Positions 1-13,453 of a DNA stretch of 64,000 nt are shown here, piece by piece (position 1 is the stretch's first letter; the number at the start of each line of letters is the position of its first letter). The stretch comes from an uncultured Planctomycetaceae bacterium (GTDB lineage Bacteria; Planctomycetota; Planctomycetia; Planctomycetales; Planctomycetaceae). The position numbers were made by a program, and so were the translations under genes. The DNA is taken from NCBI GenBank assembly GCA_963813715.1, contig CAWFAK010000008.1, positions 64,001 through 128,000 of the forward strand, given 5' to 3'. Under the pieces are notes generated by a model. The model saw nothing but the letters and a program-made list of their open reading frames with translations, was not told the origin of the DNA and made no database searches.

Positions 1-827
1 AGCGATCGCGGCGGACAACGTCGTATCGCACGATGGTGCCGCGGCAGGGCTTTTACCGCCTCTACATGGCCCACAACCATCACATGCTGGCGTACGCGGC
101 GATGATGCAGGGGCAGAGCCTGAAAGCCAGGGCGACAATCAAGGAGTTTTTGGTCTCGATCCCCGACGACGCGATCAAGAACCAGGCGGAGCTAATCGAC
201 GGCTTCTTTTCGCTGCCCTACGAGTTGCACGTCCGCTTCGGCCAATGGGACGAAATGCTGGCCGAACCGAAGCCGCGCGACAGCATGCCCATCGCGACCG
301 CGTTTTGGCATTACGCCCGCGGGGTTTCCTTCGCCGCCAAGGGACAAGTTGCCGAAGCTAAGGCCGAGCAAAAGGAATTCAAAGCCGCCGATAAGCGGAT
401 TCCGGCCACTGCCACCTTCAGCAAGAACCTCGTTCTCTCCCTGCTCGGCGTCGCCGGCAAGATGCTCGACGGCGAGATCCTGTATCGCGAGGGGAAAGTG
501 GACGAGGCAATCGCCGCCCTGCGCGAGTCGGCCAAGCGAGAGGACAGGCTGCACTATGCCGAGCCGCCGGCCTGGATTCAGCCCGTGCGTCACGCGTTGG
601 GAGCGGCGCTGCTCGAATCGCACCGCTATGCCGACGCCGAACAGGTCTACCGCGACGACCTGGCCCGCTACCCCAACAACGGCTGGTCGCTCTTCGGTTT
701 GTCCCGCGCGCTCAAGCTCCAGGGCAAGAAGGCCGAGGCGCTGAACGTCACGCTGGAGTTCGACAAAGCCTGGGAGCATGCCGACATCAAACTGGCGTCG
801 TCCTGCTTCTGCCTGCAACCGAAGTAG
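1..827 (+). CDS. TPR-like helical-repeat protein, 5'-truncated by the window edge
   Basis: ORF 33..827 has HNHHML, TPR-like helices (LYREGKVDEAIAAL, YPNNGWSLFGL) and ends SSCFC; upstream AIAADN is in another frame (probable indel near 20). Confidence 0.7.
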   Translation, partial: RSRRTTSYRTMVPRQGFYRLYMAHNHHMLAYAAMMQGQSLKARATIKEFLVSIPDDAIKNQAELIDGFFSLPYELHVRFGQWDEMLAEPKPRDSMPIATAFWHYARGVSFAAKGQVAEAKAEQKEFKAADKRIPATATFSKNLVLSLLGVAGKMLDGEILYREGKVDEAIAALRESAKREDRLHYAEPPAWIQPVRHALGAALLESHRYADAEQVYRDDLARYPNNGWSLFGLSRALKLQGKKAEALNVTLEFDKAWEHADIKLASSCFCLQPK

Positions 828-846
828 TTCCCGCGCGATCGCCCGT

Positions 847-1848
847 TCAGGCGTTGTCGCCCTTGCGACCGCCGCCGAGCATCCGCTTCCAGCGGCTGCC
901 TGCCTGCTCGTCTTTGCCCGCGTCGGCGTCGGACGCTGCGCCGGATTCCAGGCGTGCCCGCTTGAGGTCCTTTTGCAGCTGCTCGTCGATGACGCGGATG
1001 CGGACCTCTTCGCGGGCCATCTTGCGCGCTGCAGCGAGAGCTCGACTTCCGCCAGACGCAGCGTTTCTTCCAGCCGCTTCTCGAGCGATTCGAGCCGCGC
1101 GTGGAGCTGATCGGGCAGGTTTTCGAGCCCGGCCCAACTGTTGGGCACGTGCCCCAGCGATTCAATTCGCCGCAGCCGTTGCAGCAAATAGACGACGTAA
1201 GTGTCGCGAGTTTCGCAGGCCTGCGCCAGCTCCTCGCGGGTCGCGTTCTGCGCGTCGACCGGTTCGGGAGCATCGGCAAGCGGCGGCAGCTCGATATTGA
1301 AGATCGGGCGCGGCCGCTTCGCTCGCGGAGCTGGGCAGCGCGGTGGCCGACGTCTCCTCGGTCTCCGCCGGTGGGTTGTTCTCGGCGAAGGAGGCTTTCA
1401 TGAAATCGAGCACGCTGCGCGGCGAATCGGACGGGTTTCGCCGAGGCGAGCTCGAGTCGAGCCGCGAATCGCCATGCGTGAACGCCGCGTCCGTGGGATT
1501 GTTGCCCCCGCCGTGCCCGCCTTGGCCGCCGTAGTTCAGCACCAGGTCGTGAATCTGGGTGAGCTGGCTTTCCAGCCGGCCGAAGAAGGCCCCCGGCTGC
1601 ATGTCCTCCCATTGCTGGATGGCTTGCTGCAGATCCTCAACGAGTTTCTGCTGCTGCTGAATCAGCTCGGGCGGAATGCCGAGAATGCCGGAGCGCACGC
1701 CCCGATCGGCGCCGGTGCGATGCAGCCGGTCGAGTTGCTCGGCCGCCTGCTCCAGGCGCTCGGTCAGCGCGGCGACAAGCTGATCCCGATCGGCCAGTTG
1801 GGCCTCGAGGGATTCAACTCGTTCCGGCGTAAGTTCTGCTTCGACCAT
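847..1848 (-). CDS. Coiled-coil hypothetical protein, split by about 2 frameshifts
   Basis: Heptad-rich segments continue across ORFs 1162..1848, 192..1187 (LQRLRRIESLG..) and 847..1137 (AREEVRIRVIDEQLQK..). Confidence 0.6.
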
Positions 1849-2066
1849 CCTGCTGCCACCGTTGCCCGCGTCGTGCCGGTTCGGGCCGGATCAGTCCCGT
1901 CGATGGAACGGGCCTTCCGGCACCTAAATTCCTCCACAACAAACGCTGTTGCCGGACGATGGCCCAACGTCACTTGTGGGAAAAAGGCAACACCATAGCG
2001 TAGCTCACCAACCGGCGGAAGGAGGCTGACCGCAATGGAATTTTCGGACTCGCCCGCGCATCGTGG

Positions 2067-3041
2067 TCATGTCGTGCGGGCGTACACCTCGGGATTCACC
2101 ACGTTTGCCGGCCGTTTGCCCTCGAGCGCATCCGCGATCTGGCGCGAAGCACGCAGTCGTAGCTCGTGTAACGATTCTGCCGAAACAAATGCCGCGTGCG
2201 GCGTCACGATGACTCGCTCGTTCTTGTACAACGGATCCGAAAGGTCCGGCGGCTCCGGCTCGAAAACGTCGAGAGCGGCCCCGCCAATCCGCCCGGCCGC
2301 GAGCGCCGCCTCGAGAGCCGCATTGTCGATCAGACCGCCGCGCGACGTATTAATCAGCCACGCGGTCGGCTTCATCCGCGCCAGCTGCGGGCCGGAGATC
2401 ATGTGGCGGGTCGAATCCGTGAGCGGCGCATGTAGCGAAACAAAATCGCTCCTGACCAACAGCTCATCGAGCGGCACCATCGTGCAACCGGTGCCACAGT
2501 CGTCGAGCTGGCGGGTGTTCGCGATCACGGTCATGCCCAACGCCCGGGCCTTGGGAAAAGGGCGCGGGCGATATGGCCGAAACCGATCAGGCCGAGCGTC
2601 ATTTCCGAGAGTCGCCGCATCGGCGGCCCCGGCACTCAGTTGGTACTCGCCCGCCTTCGTCCGTGTATGAAAGAAAGCCACATTGCGGGCGGCGGCCAAG
2701 AGCAGCGCCAGCGCGTGATCCGAAACTTCCGACACGCAGTAGTCGGGGACGTTGGTGACCGGAATGCCCAAGCCGGTGGCCGTCGGCACGCTGATATTGT
2801 CCAGGCCGATGCCAAACCGCGCGACGGTCTTGCAGCGGGTTGCGGCGCGAATCACGTTGGCGGTGACCGGCGCCCAATTCGTGCCGATCGCGTCGGCGTC
2901 GCGGGCGAGCGAAATCAGCGTTTGTTCGTCGGTCCGCGGAGCTTCAACAACCTCGGCCCCCACCGACTTCAGCACGTCCCGCTCGATCGAGCAATCGGGC
3001 CACGCACGATCCGTGATCAGAACGCGGAAGGGCGGGCTCAT
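2067..3041 (-). CDS. D-isomer-specific 2-hydroxyacid dehydrogenase (SerA/CtBP-like)
   Basis: RFGIGLDNI, TNVPDYC, INTSRG, LDVFEPEP, TPHAAF motifs; the NAD-binding TLGLIGFGHIA lies in a shifted frame at about 2560-2630 (compensating indels). Confidence 0.9.
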   Translation of the reverse strand: MSPPFRVLITDRAWPDCSIERDVLKSVGAEVVEAPRTDEQTLISLARDADAIGTNWAPVTANVIRAATRCKTVARFGIGLDNISVPTATGLGIPVTNVPDYCVSEVSDHALALLLAAARNVAFFHTRTKAGEYQLSAGAADAATLGNDARPDRFRPYRPRPFPKARALGMTVIANTRQLDDCGTGCTMVPLDELLVRSDFVSLHAPLTDSTRHMISGPQLARMKPTAWLINTSRGGLIDNAALEAALAAGRIGGAALDVFEPEPPDLSDPLYKNERVIVTPHAAFVSAESLHELRLRASRQIADALEGKRPANVVNPEVYARTT

Positions 3042-3049
3042 GCAGCGGC

Positions 3050-3442
3050 TCAGCCCTGTTGTGCGGCCAGCTCAGACATGCGAATCGCCGGCTCGACCAC
3101 CCGCTCCCAATTCTCACGCAGATAATCGGGCGGGCCGCCCTTCGACGCCACGTACTCGGCCGCCTGCACAGTCGGCACCATCTCAATGGCGTCCCACGGG
3201 CAAACGGTCAGCTCGTACGGGTCGGTCTTTTTCGTGGGGATATGCACGCAGACTTCGCAACCGACGCATCGCTCGACGTCGATTTCGCACCACGACTGCA
3301 GCACGGAAACCGAGTCGCCGGGGACCTTATAAATGCAGTCGACGGGGCAGACCTCGAGGCACGCCTCGCAACCCGTGCAGTTGTCGGCATTAATGACCGC
3401 CACTTCCTTGGGCAGTTTTTTGCGGGCACCGCTCTTCGCCAT
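3050..3442 (-). CDS. 4Fe-4S dicluster ferredoxin
   Basis: CTGCEACLEVCP and CVGCEVC..CP motifs. Confidence 0.9.
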   Translation of the reverse strand: MAKSGARKKLPKEVAVINADNCTGCEACLEVCPVDCIYKVPGDSVSVLQSWCEIDVERCVGCEVCVHIPTKKTDPYELTVCPWDAIEMVPTVQAAEYVASKGGPPDYLRENWERVVEPAIRMSELAAQQG

Positions 3443-3711
3443 AATTTGTCCCGTTTTTCCGTTCGCAATTCCTCGCGGCCGTCAAAATCCGCCGCGGAGG
3501 GAATCGGAATTTGCTGCAATCCCTTGGGAGGCCCGATTTTAAGTGGCAGGACCCGTCCCCGCAATCGAGGAAACGCCTGCCCGCTTTGATCGACGCCTTT
3601 AGCCGCCAGAACGCTTTATCGGTAACCGCCCGGCCGATCAGAGAACCAAATCAATTCTTGCAGCAAAACCGGCCGCAGGCAACCCGCCCCCCCTCCGGGT
3701 GCACGACCGAC

Positions 3712-3755
3712 AATTTACGCGGGCTTTTCTCGGTGAAACAACGTGTCCCGTCCCG
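3712..3755 (+). repeat. 44-bp motif M, copy 1 (empty); other copies at 5211-5254 (+) and 6766-6809 (-)
   Basis: aatttacgcgggcttttctcggtgaaacaacgtgtcccgtcccg, 40/44 identical to 5211-5254. Confidence 0.9.
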
Positions 3756-3782
3756 CAGTTTACCTGGTTCCCGACGGCTTTC

Positions 3783-3857
3783 TCACCACAAAGACACGAA
3801 GGCACGAAGGTCAGACTTGGCAATTCGTTCTGCGTTCCCTTGGTGCCTTCGTGGTGA
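3783..3857. repeat. REP-like imperfect hairpin (tcaccacaaagacac..gtgccttcgtggtga)
   Basis: Inverted arms 12/15 complementary, internal cacgaagg duplication. Confidence 0.55.
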
Positions 3858-3998
3858 AAGTCTTCGATCTCCTACCTAGCCGCGTCCCAATCAATCCCGT
3901 CCCGACATTTGTCCCGTCCCGCTCGAGTCCCGTCCCATTCTTTCCCCTCGCCCGTCCGGCTCGGCGGATGGGAGAGCGGCTGTGTTTCTTTTCAAGAG

Positions 3999-6766
<2,768 letters not shown>

Positions 6767-6948
6767 GGGACGGGACACGTTGTTTCACCGAGAAATGCCC
6801 GGAGAAATTCTCGGGACGATGCAAAAAACACCCGACAGCTGACGCAGTCGGCTCGCCGGGGACGGACGAGCGGGAAGGAATCGGGAGGGGACACAGGACA
6901 CGGGCGCAATTCGCAGGACCCGCACGGCACTGGGACGCGGTCGGTCGT

Positions 6949-8077
6949 TCAGCCTTCGCGGAGCGCTTCCGACCGGGGCCAGGCGGGCAAAGCGCAGGGC
7001 CGGGTAGGCCGCGCCGAGAATTGCCATGAGAGCGGCCATCGCGATGCCTTCACAGACGGCGCGGAGGGGTAGATCGCCCTGCACCAATCCGGACGTGACA
7101 TGCCAATGGGCCAGAGCCAAGATTGCGAGAAAACCACCCGCGACGCCAACGACCGAACCCGCGCCGGCCAGGAGCAGCGATTCCTGGACGATGAGCATCA
7201 CCACGCGCCACGTCCGCCAGCCCATCGCGCGGAAGGCGCCGATCTCGGTGCGGCGCTCGAAGACGCTCATCGCCATCGTGTTCAGAATGCCGAACGCGCC
7301 CATCACGCAGGCGACGGCCGAGATCACCCACGACATCACCCGCGTCACTCGCATCTGGTTGAGCGAGCCGACGAACTCTGCGCAGGGCGTGGCGGCGATC
7401 TCAGGATCGAGGGCTTCGATCCGCGATTGAAGCGCAGCGACGGCATCCGGGTCGCCCGGCGGATTCGCCTGCACGACGTAGCCAGTCACCTGGCCGGGCC
7501 GGTCCATCTGACGCTGTAAATCGTCGATCAGCATGAAGACCGCGCCGTTTTCGTAAACGCTGAAGCTCTCGAAAATGCCGACCACATGGAATGGCTGCCC
7601 GTAGACCTCGACGGTGTCGCCGGCCTGCTTGCCGAGATTGGCCGCAAGAATTCGCCCGAGCATGACGCAGTTTTTGTCCTCGGCCTGGAGGCGGCGGCCC
7701 GATTGGATTTTGACGCGATCGAGCACGGGGCAATCGGGCTCCCAGCCGTTGACGATCACCATGAACAAGTCGCGACTCTCGAAGGCGACCATGTCCATCA
7801 GGCCGCCGATGACCTGTCCGGCCCCCGGCAGCTCGCGGATTTGTTGCCCCAACTTGAGCGACACGCCCTTGGAAAGCTGCACGGCCCCGCCGCGCCGCTG
7901 CACCACGAGGTCCGTCCCTTGCTGCGTGTAGAGCGCGAGGAACGAGCTTTCGAACGACTCCGCCACGCCGACGAGCGCGACGATGGCCGCCACCGCGGCG
8001 GCGAGACCGGCCGCGGTCAACAGCGAGCGGAAGGGCCGGCGGCGGAGGTTTTTGGCGGCGATCGTCAGACTGCGCAT
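6949..8077 (-). CDS. ABC transporter permease (MacB/FtsX-like)
   Basis: NLRRRPFRSLLT N-terminus, MSVFERRTEIGAFRAMGW; true end PVEALREG-stop at 6949 after an indel near 6970. Confidence 0.9.
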
Positions 8078-8799
8078 CGCGTGACGACTCCTCCGCTCAT
8101 TTGCAACAGGTCGATCTGCCCGTCGCGGATCCAGATCGTGCGCTCGGCCCGGGCGGCAACCTCTGCTCCGTGCGTGATCACAATCAACGTCACGCCCCGC
8201 TCGCGATGCAGTTGGTCAAACAAGTCGAGCACGCCGGCGCCCGCCCGCGAGTCGAGGTTGCCCGTCGGCTCGTCCGCCAACAGCACCAGCGGATCGTTCG
8301 CGAGCGCCCGCGCGATGGCCACGCGCTGCCGTTCGCCCACCGAGAGTTTTTGCGGCACGTGCTTGAGCCGATGGGAAAGCCCGACCAGGCACAAGAGTTC
8401 CTCGGCCTTGCGGACGCGGGCCCGACGATCGAGGGTTCCCTCGAACATCGGGATCTGCACGTTCTCAAGCGCCGTCAACGTCGGCAAAAGATGAAAGGAC
8501 TGGAAGACGAAGCCGATCGTGCGGGCGCGGAACCGGTCGAGGTCGCGCAGTGTGGTCAGCGACTGCCCCTCGAAACAAATCTCGCCACGGCAAGGATGGT
8601 CGAGCGCCCCGAGCAGGTTGAGCAAGGTCGACTTGCCGCTGCCGCTGGGCCCCATGATGGCCACGTATTCGCCGCGGAAGACGGAAAACGACACATCTTT
8701 GAGGGCGCGGACGGTGCCGTCGTCGTACGTGCGGCAGATCGAGCGCACGTCCAAGAGCGGCACCAGGCGGGGAAGGGCGTCGGGTTTTGTGTCGTTCAT
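8065..8799 (-). CDS. ABC transporter ATP-binding protein (LolD/MacB-like)
   Basis: GPSGSGKST, LSVGERQRVAIARA, LLADEPTGNLD. Confidence 0.95.
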   Translation of the reverse strand: MNDTKPDALPRLVPLLDVRSICRTYDDGTVRALKDVSFSVFRGEYVAIMGPSGSGKSTLLNLLGALDHPCRGEICFEGQSLTTLRDLDRFRARTIGFVFQSFHLLPTLTALENVQIPMFEGTLDRRARVRKAEELLCLVGLSHRLKHVPQKLSVGERQRVAIARALANDPLVLLADEPTGNLDSRAGAGVLDLFDQLHRERGVTLIVITHGAEVAARAERTIWIRDGQIDLLQMSGGVVTRCAV

Positions 8800-8870
8800 C
8801 GGCTGTCCTCGATCGTTCGCCCGCTTGTCGCCCGTGGTTCCCAGTCAAACCGCTGATTTTTGCGCCGCAC

Positions 8871-10019
8871 TCATTCAAAATGCAGGGCCGTGAGTGGAAC
8901 ACAGGTCGCTCCCCGATAAGCCGGATAGAGCGAGCCGGCGACCCCGGCAAAGATCGTGAGCGCGATTCCCAGCACGACCGCCTCGGCCGAGAGGGTCGGC
9001 TGCACGAAGTTGCGCGTGTACGACCAGGTGCCCAGCGCCCGCACGAACAGGCCGGCGCCGGCCGCTCCGCCGAGCGACGCACACAGTCCGATCACCAGCG
9101 ATTCACCGAGCACCATCCGCATCACGCGGCCGCGCGACCAACCGATGGCCCGCAACAGCCCGAATTCCTTGGTCCGCTCGAGAACGGACATCAGCATGGT
9201 ATTGAGCATGGCCACGAGCGACAGCCCGACCGCAACGACCGACGTGCCCCACGCCATGGCCCAAGTGAGCCGGGTCTCGGTGTCGGAATCGACGAACTTG
9301 CGCATCGGCAGTGCTTTGAACCCGAGCGACCGTCCGGACGCGTCGTGCAGCGATTCGATTTCGCGGCAGAGCCGGGAGATGCCCGTGTCGTTGGCAGCGG
9401 CAGGGACGGCGCGGATTTGAAACTCGGACACCTGGCCCGGTCGCCCCATCAGGTCTTGCACATCGGTCAGCGGCGCGATGATGGTGTTGGCTTCGATGGC
9501 ATCCGCCGTCTGAAAAACGCCCGCGATGTGAAAGGCCGTCCCCTCGATTTGGAGCGTTTCGCCTGGACGGTGTTTGAGCCCCTCGGCCAGCGCGCTCCCC
9601 AACAGCACGGCCCGATGATCGCCGGCCGCCAGCTTTCGCCCGCTCGTCACCTCGAGCTTGTCTGCCGTCGGTCCGGAGGGGTCGACGCCGTGCATGGGAA
9701 TGCCGATCAGGGCGCGTTCGCCCAGGGAGACCATCTCCGTCAGGCTGCCTTCAGCCCAGGCCACGTCGGGCAGCGCGCGAAGCCGGCCGGCCAGCGCGGC
9801 GCTCAGGCTGCTGGTGATGCGCTCGGAAACGCCGGCGCGGCAGACGACCACGTCGACGCCGCGGGACGCGTAGTAATCGCGCGACGAGGAGGCAAACGAC
9901 CAGGCGCTGCTCAAGAGCGCGGTGCTCGTCGCCACGGCGGCCGCCAGTCCGGCAATCGTCAAGAGGGTGCGCGTTTTACGGCGCATCAGATTCTTGGCGA
10001 TGACTTCCAGGAACAACAT
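8871..10019 (-). CDS. ABC transporter permease (MacB/FtsX-like)
   Basis: KNLMRRKTRTLLT, MSVLERTKEFGLLRAIGW; paralogue of 6949..8077. Confidence 0.9.
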   Translation of the reverse strand: MLFLEVIAKNLMRRKTRTLLTIAGLAAAVATSTALLSSAWSFASSSRDYYASRGVDVVVCRAGVSERITSSLSAALAGRLRALPDVAWAEGSLTEMVSLGERALIGIPMHGVDPSGPTADKLEVTSGRKLAAGDHRAVLLGSALAEGLKHRPGETLQIEGTAFHIAGVFQTADAIEANTIIAPLTDVQDLMGRPGQVSEFQIRAVPAAANDTGISRLCREIESLHDASGRSLGFKALPMRKFVDSDTETRLTWAMAWGTSVVAVGLSLVAMLNTMLMSVLERTKEFGLLRAIGWSRGRVMRMVLGESLVIGLCASLGGAAGAGLFVRALGTWSYTRNFVQPTLSAEAVVLGIALTIFAGVAGSLYPAYRGATCVPLTALHFE

Positions 10020-10186
10020 GGGGGATTCAATCGGCCGGAGCAAAAGCGGGCGGAGCGGAAGCCAGTCCGAATCGTCCTGATGCGGAAACTCGCCTCCCGC
10101 TGGAACGGGGCGATCGGGAGAGCCGGGACCGAGTCGCGATCAACGCGGACCGGCACCGGCCAAAAAATGCCCCGCGCGGCTCCGGA

Positions 10187-13100
10187 TCATCCTTTTTCAA
10201 ACGGGATGTGTCCACCCCGACTTGGGCCGAAGGCGTAGGGGTTCTCGTGGGTGTGGGTTTTCCCCGAGATCCAGAGGCGGAACCGGTCGAGATAGAGGTA
10301 GACGACGGGCGTCGTATAGAGGGTGAGGGCCTGGCTGACGATCAGACCGCCGACAATGGCGATGCCCAACGGACGCCGGAGCTCCGAGCCGGTGCCGGAG
10401 CCCATTGCCAGCGGCAGGCCGCCGAAGAGGGCGGCCAGCGTCGTCATCATGATCGGACGGAAGCGGAGCACGCAGGCGGTGTAGATGGCCTCGACGGGTG
10501 ATGTGTTTTCGTGCCGTTCGGCCGCAATCGCGAAGTCGATCATCATGATGGCGTTTTTCTTCACGATGCCGATCAGCAACAGAATGCCGATCAGTCCCAT
10601 CACGTTGAGTTCGTTGCCGGTCAACAACAGCGCCAAGAGTGCGCCGACGCCGGCCGACGGCAGGGTCGAGAGAATCGTGATCGGGTGGATGTAGCTCTCG
10701 TAGAGAATTCCCAGCACGATGTAGACGGCGGCCAGGGCCGCGGCGATCAGCACCGGCTCGTTCGCCAGAGATTCCTGAAAGGCCTGGGCCGTTCCTTGAA
10801 ACTTACCATGCAGGGTCCCCGGAGCGCCAAGCTCGTGCATGGCGTCGTTGATTTTCTCGACGGCATCTCCGAGGGCACCGCCGGGAGGAAGATTGAATGA
10901 CACGGTGACCGAGGGGAACTGCCCGGAGTGGTTGACGGCCAGCGGCCCCGTGCCGTTGACGATCTTGGCGAACGCTCCCAAGGGCACGCGAACGTTGTTG
11001 CTGCCGTGGACGTAGATGTAATTGAGCGCGCCCGGGTCCTCCCAGAATTTCAGGGGCACCGTCATCACGATGTGGTACTGGTTGAGCTCGGTATAGGTGG
11101 TGGCGACGAATCGCTGACCGAAGGCGTCATAGAGCGCGTTGTCGATGGTCTGCATCGAGATGCCGTACTGGGCGGCGGCGCGGCGGTCGACCGTGACGGT
11201 CGTCTGCAGTCCGGAATTCTGCTGGTCGGAGACGACGTCGACCATCACGTCGGTCAGCGTGCGAAGCTTGCTCACGACGCGGGGGGCCCACTCGTTGAGC
11301 TCGTTCAGGTCGTCGTCCTGCAGGGTGTATTGATATTGCGTGCTGCTCGAGCGGGCGCCGATCCGCAGGTCCTGGTAGGACTGCAGGTAGAGCGTCGCCC
11401 CCGGAATGGGCGAAAGCTTGGTCCGCAGCCGGCCGATGATTTCATCCGCGCTCGAATGGTGTGGGGGCATGAGCACGTCTCGCAGCCAGACGAAGAACTG
11501 GTACGGCGTAGGATGGCCGCCGGACTTGAACGGACTGGGAGTCCGCGGGGCGTAGGTGCGCCTTTCGATGGACTTAAGTGAGACATACATCGACCCTTGG
11601 TTGACGGTGCGGCCGCCGCCTCCTCCTCCTCCGCCCGTGAACGAGATCAGGTTTTCGACGTCGGGATCGTGGCTGACCTCGGTCGTGAACAGCGTCATCA
11701 GCTTGTTCATTTGCTGAAACGACGTGTCCTGGTCGGCCATGATCGTGCCGGTGAGCCTGCCCGCGTCCTGCTGAGGGAAGAAGCCCTTGGGCACCACCAC
11801 GTACAGCCACCCGGTGAAGGCAATGGTCAAGAGGGTGGCGATGATCATCGTGAACTGGTGCCGGAGCACCCACTGCAGGCTCGACTCGTAGCGGGCCAGC
11901 ACCCAGTCGAAGAGCGATTCGAAAAAGCCGTAAATCGGGCCGTGCTTGGCATGGTCGGCCTTCGCCTTGAGCAGCCAGGCGCACATCATTGGGGTAGTCG
12001 TGAGCGACACGCAGAGCGACACGCCGATCGCCACGCTGATGGTCACGGCAAACTCGCGGAACAGCCGCCCGATGATGCCCCCCATCATCAGGATGGGAAT
12101 GAACACCGCCACGAGCGACAGGCTGATCGAGAGCACGGTAAAGCCGATTTCCGCGGCGCCTTTGAGGGCGGCCTGCATCGGCTTCATGCCGGCCTCGAGG
12201 TAGCGGTCGATGTTTTCCAGCACGACGATCGCGTCGTCGACGACGAACCCTGTCGAGATCGTGAGCGCCATCAGCGACAGATTGTCGACGCTGTAACCGA
12301 AGAGGTACATCACGCCGAACGTCCCGATCAGCGAGACGGGCACCGCGACGCTGGGAATGAACGTGGCGCGGGCATCGCGCAGAAACAGGAACACGACCAG
12401 GATCACGAGCGCCACCGAGAGCGACAGGGTCAATTGCACGTCGCGCACCGACGCCCGGATCGTCGCCGTCCGGTCGACCACCTCGGCCATCTTGATTCCC
12501 TGGGGTAAATCGGACATCAACTGCGGCGTCTGGGCGCGGATGCGATCGACGGCGTCGATGATGTTGGCCCCGGGCTGACGGAAGATGATCATCAGCACCG
12601 ACGGTTTGATTTCGCCCGGCCGCGGGCTGAAATAGCCCGACGCGCGGATGTCCTCGACCGAGTCGAGGACGGTCCCGACGTCGGAAATCCGTACGGGCGC
12701 CCCATTGCGGTAGGCGATGATCAACGGCCGGTATTGGTCAGGCTTGAGCAGCTGGTCGTCGGTCGTCAGGAACCAGCTGTGTCCGTTTGTCGACATCTGC
12801 CCCTTGGGCCGATTGGCATTGGCCGTGCTGATCATGGTCCGCACGTCGTCGAGGCCCAGGCCGAAGTTGTTGAGCAAGGTCGGATTGATCTCCAGTCGCA
12901 CGGCCGGGGGCGAGCCGCCGCTGACGAAGACTTGGCCGACCCCGTCGATCTGCGAGAGTTTTTGCGCCAGGATGGTGTTGGCCGCGTCGTAAACTTTGGG
13001 CTTTTCGTAGATATCGGAGTAGAGCGCCGGAATGAGGATCGGGGCGTCGGCCGGGTTGGCCTTGCGCCAGGTCGGCTTCGACGGGAGGTTGGACGGCAGC

Positions 13101-13453
13101 TGGCCGGCCGCCGCGTTGATCGCCGCCTGCACGTCGCGGGCGGCGGCGTCGATGTTGCGATTGAGGTCGAACTGGATGCTGATACTGGTCGAACCGAGGT
13201 AGCTCGTCGAGCTCATCTCGGTGATGCCGGCGATGCGGCCGAACTGCCGCTCGAGCGGCGTGGCCACGGCCGAGGCCATCGTCTCGGGGCTCGCTCCGGG
13301 GAGCGTGGCCTGCACCGAGATCGTCGGAAAGTCGACGGCCGGCAGCGAAGAAACGGGCAAAAAGTTGTAAGCCAGGCCGCCCGCCAGCGCGACGGCCGCC
13401 GTCAACAGCGAGGTGGCGACGGGCCGTCGGATAAACAGAGACGACGGATTCAT
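10187..13453 (-). CDS. mdtC: RND efflux permease, MdtC-like
   Basis: [48 protein letters not shown]; third gene of an A-B-C operon. Confidence 0.85.
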   Translation of the reverse strand: MNPSSLFIRRPVATSLLTAAVALAGGLAYNFLPVSSLPAVDFPTISVQATLPGASPETMASAVATPLERQFGRIAGITEMSSTSYLGSTSISIQFDLNRNIDAAARDVQAAINAAAGQLPSNLPSKPTWRKANPADAPILIPALYSDIYEKPKVYDAANTILAQKLSQIDGVGQVFVSGGSPPAVRLEINPTLLNNFGLGLDDVRTMISTANANRPKGQMSTNGHSWFLTTDDQLLKPDQYRPLIIAYRNGAPVRISDVGTVLDSVEDIRASGYFSPRPGEIKPSVLMIIFRQPGANIIDAVDRIRAQTPQLMSDLPQGIKMAEVVDRTATIRASVRDVQLTLSLSVALVILVVFLFLRDARATFIPSVAVPVSLIGTFGVMYLFGYSVDNLSLMALTISTGFVVDDAIVVLENIDRYLEAGMKPMQAALKGAAEIGFTVLSISLSLVAVFIPILMMGGIIGRLFREFAVTISVAIGVSLCVSLTTTPMMCAWLLKAKADHAKHGPIYGFFESLFDWVLARYESSLQWVLRHQFTMIIATLLTIAFTGWLYVVVPKGFFPQQDAGRLTGTIMADQDTSFQQMNKLMTLFTTEVSHDPDVENLISFTGGGGGGGGRTVNQGSMYVSLKSIERRTYAPRTPSPFKSGGHPTPYQFFVWLRDVLMPPHHSSADEIIGRLRTKLSPIPGATLYLQSYQDLRIGARSSSTQYQYTLQDDDLNELNEWAPRVVSKLRTLTDVMVDVVSDQQNSGLQTTVTVDRRAAAQYGISMQTIDNALYDAFGQRFVATTYTELNQYHIVMTVPLKFWEDPGALNYIYVHGSNNVRVPLGAFAKIVNGTGPLAVNHSGQFPSVTVSFNLPPGGALGDAVEKINDAMHELGAPGTLHGKFQGTAQAFQESLANEPVLIAAALAAVYIVLGILYESYIHPITILSTLPSAGVGALLALLLTGNELNVMGLIGILLLIGIVKKNAIMMIDFAIAAERHENTSPVEAIYTACVLRFRPIMMTTLAALFGGLPLAMGSGTGSELRRPLGIAIVGGLIVSQALTLYTTPVVYLYLDRFRLWISGKTHTHENPYAFGPSRGGHIPFEKG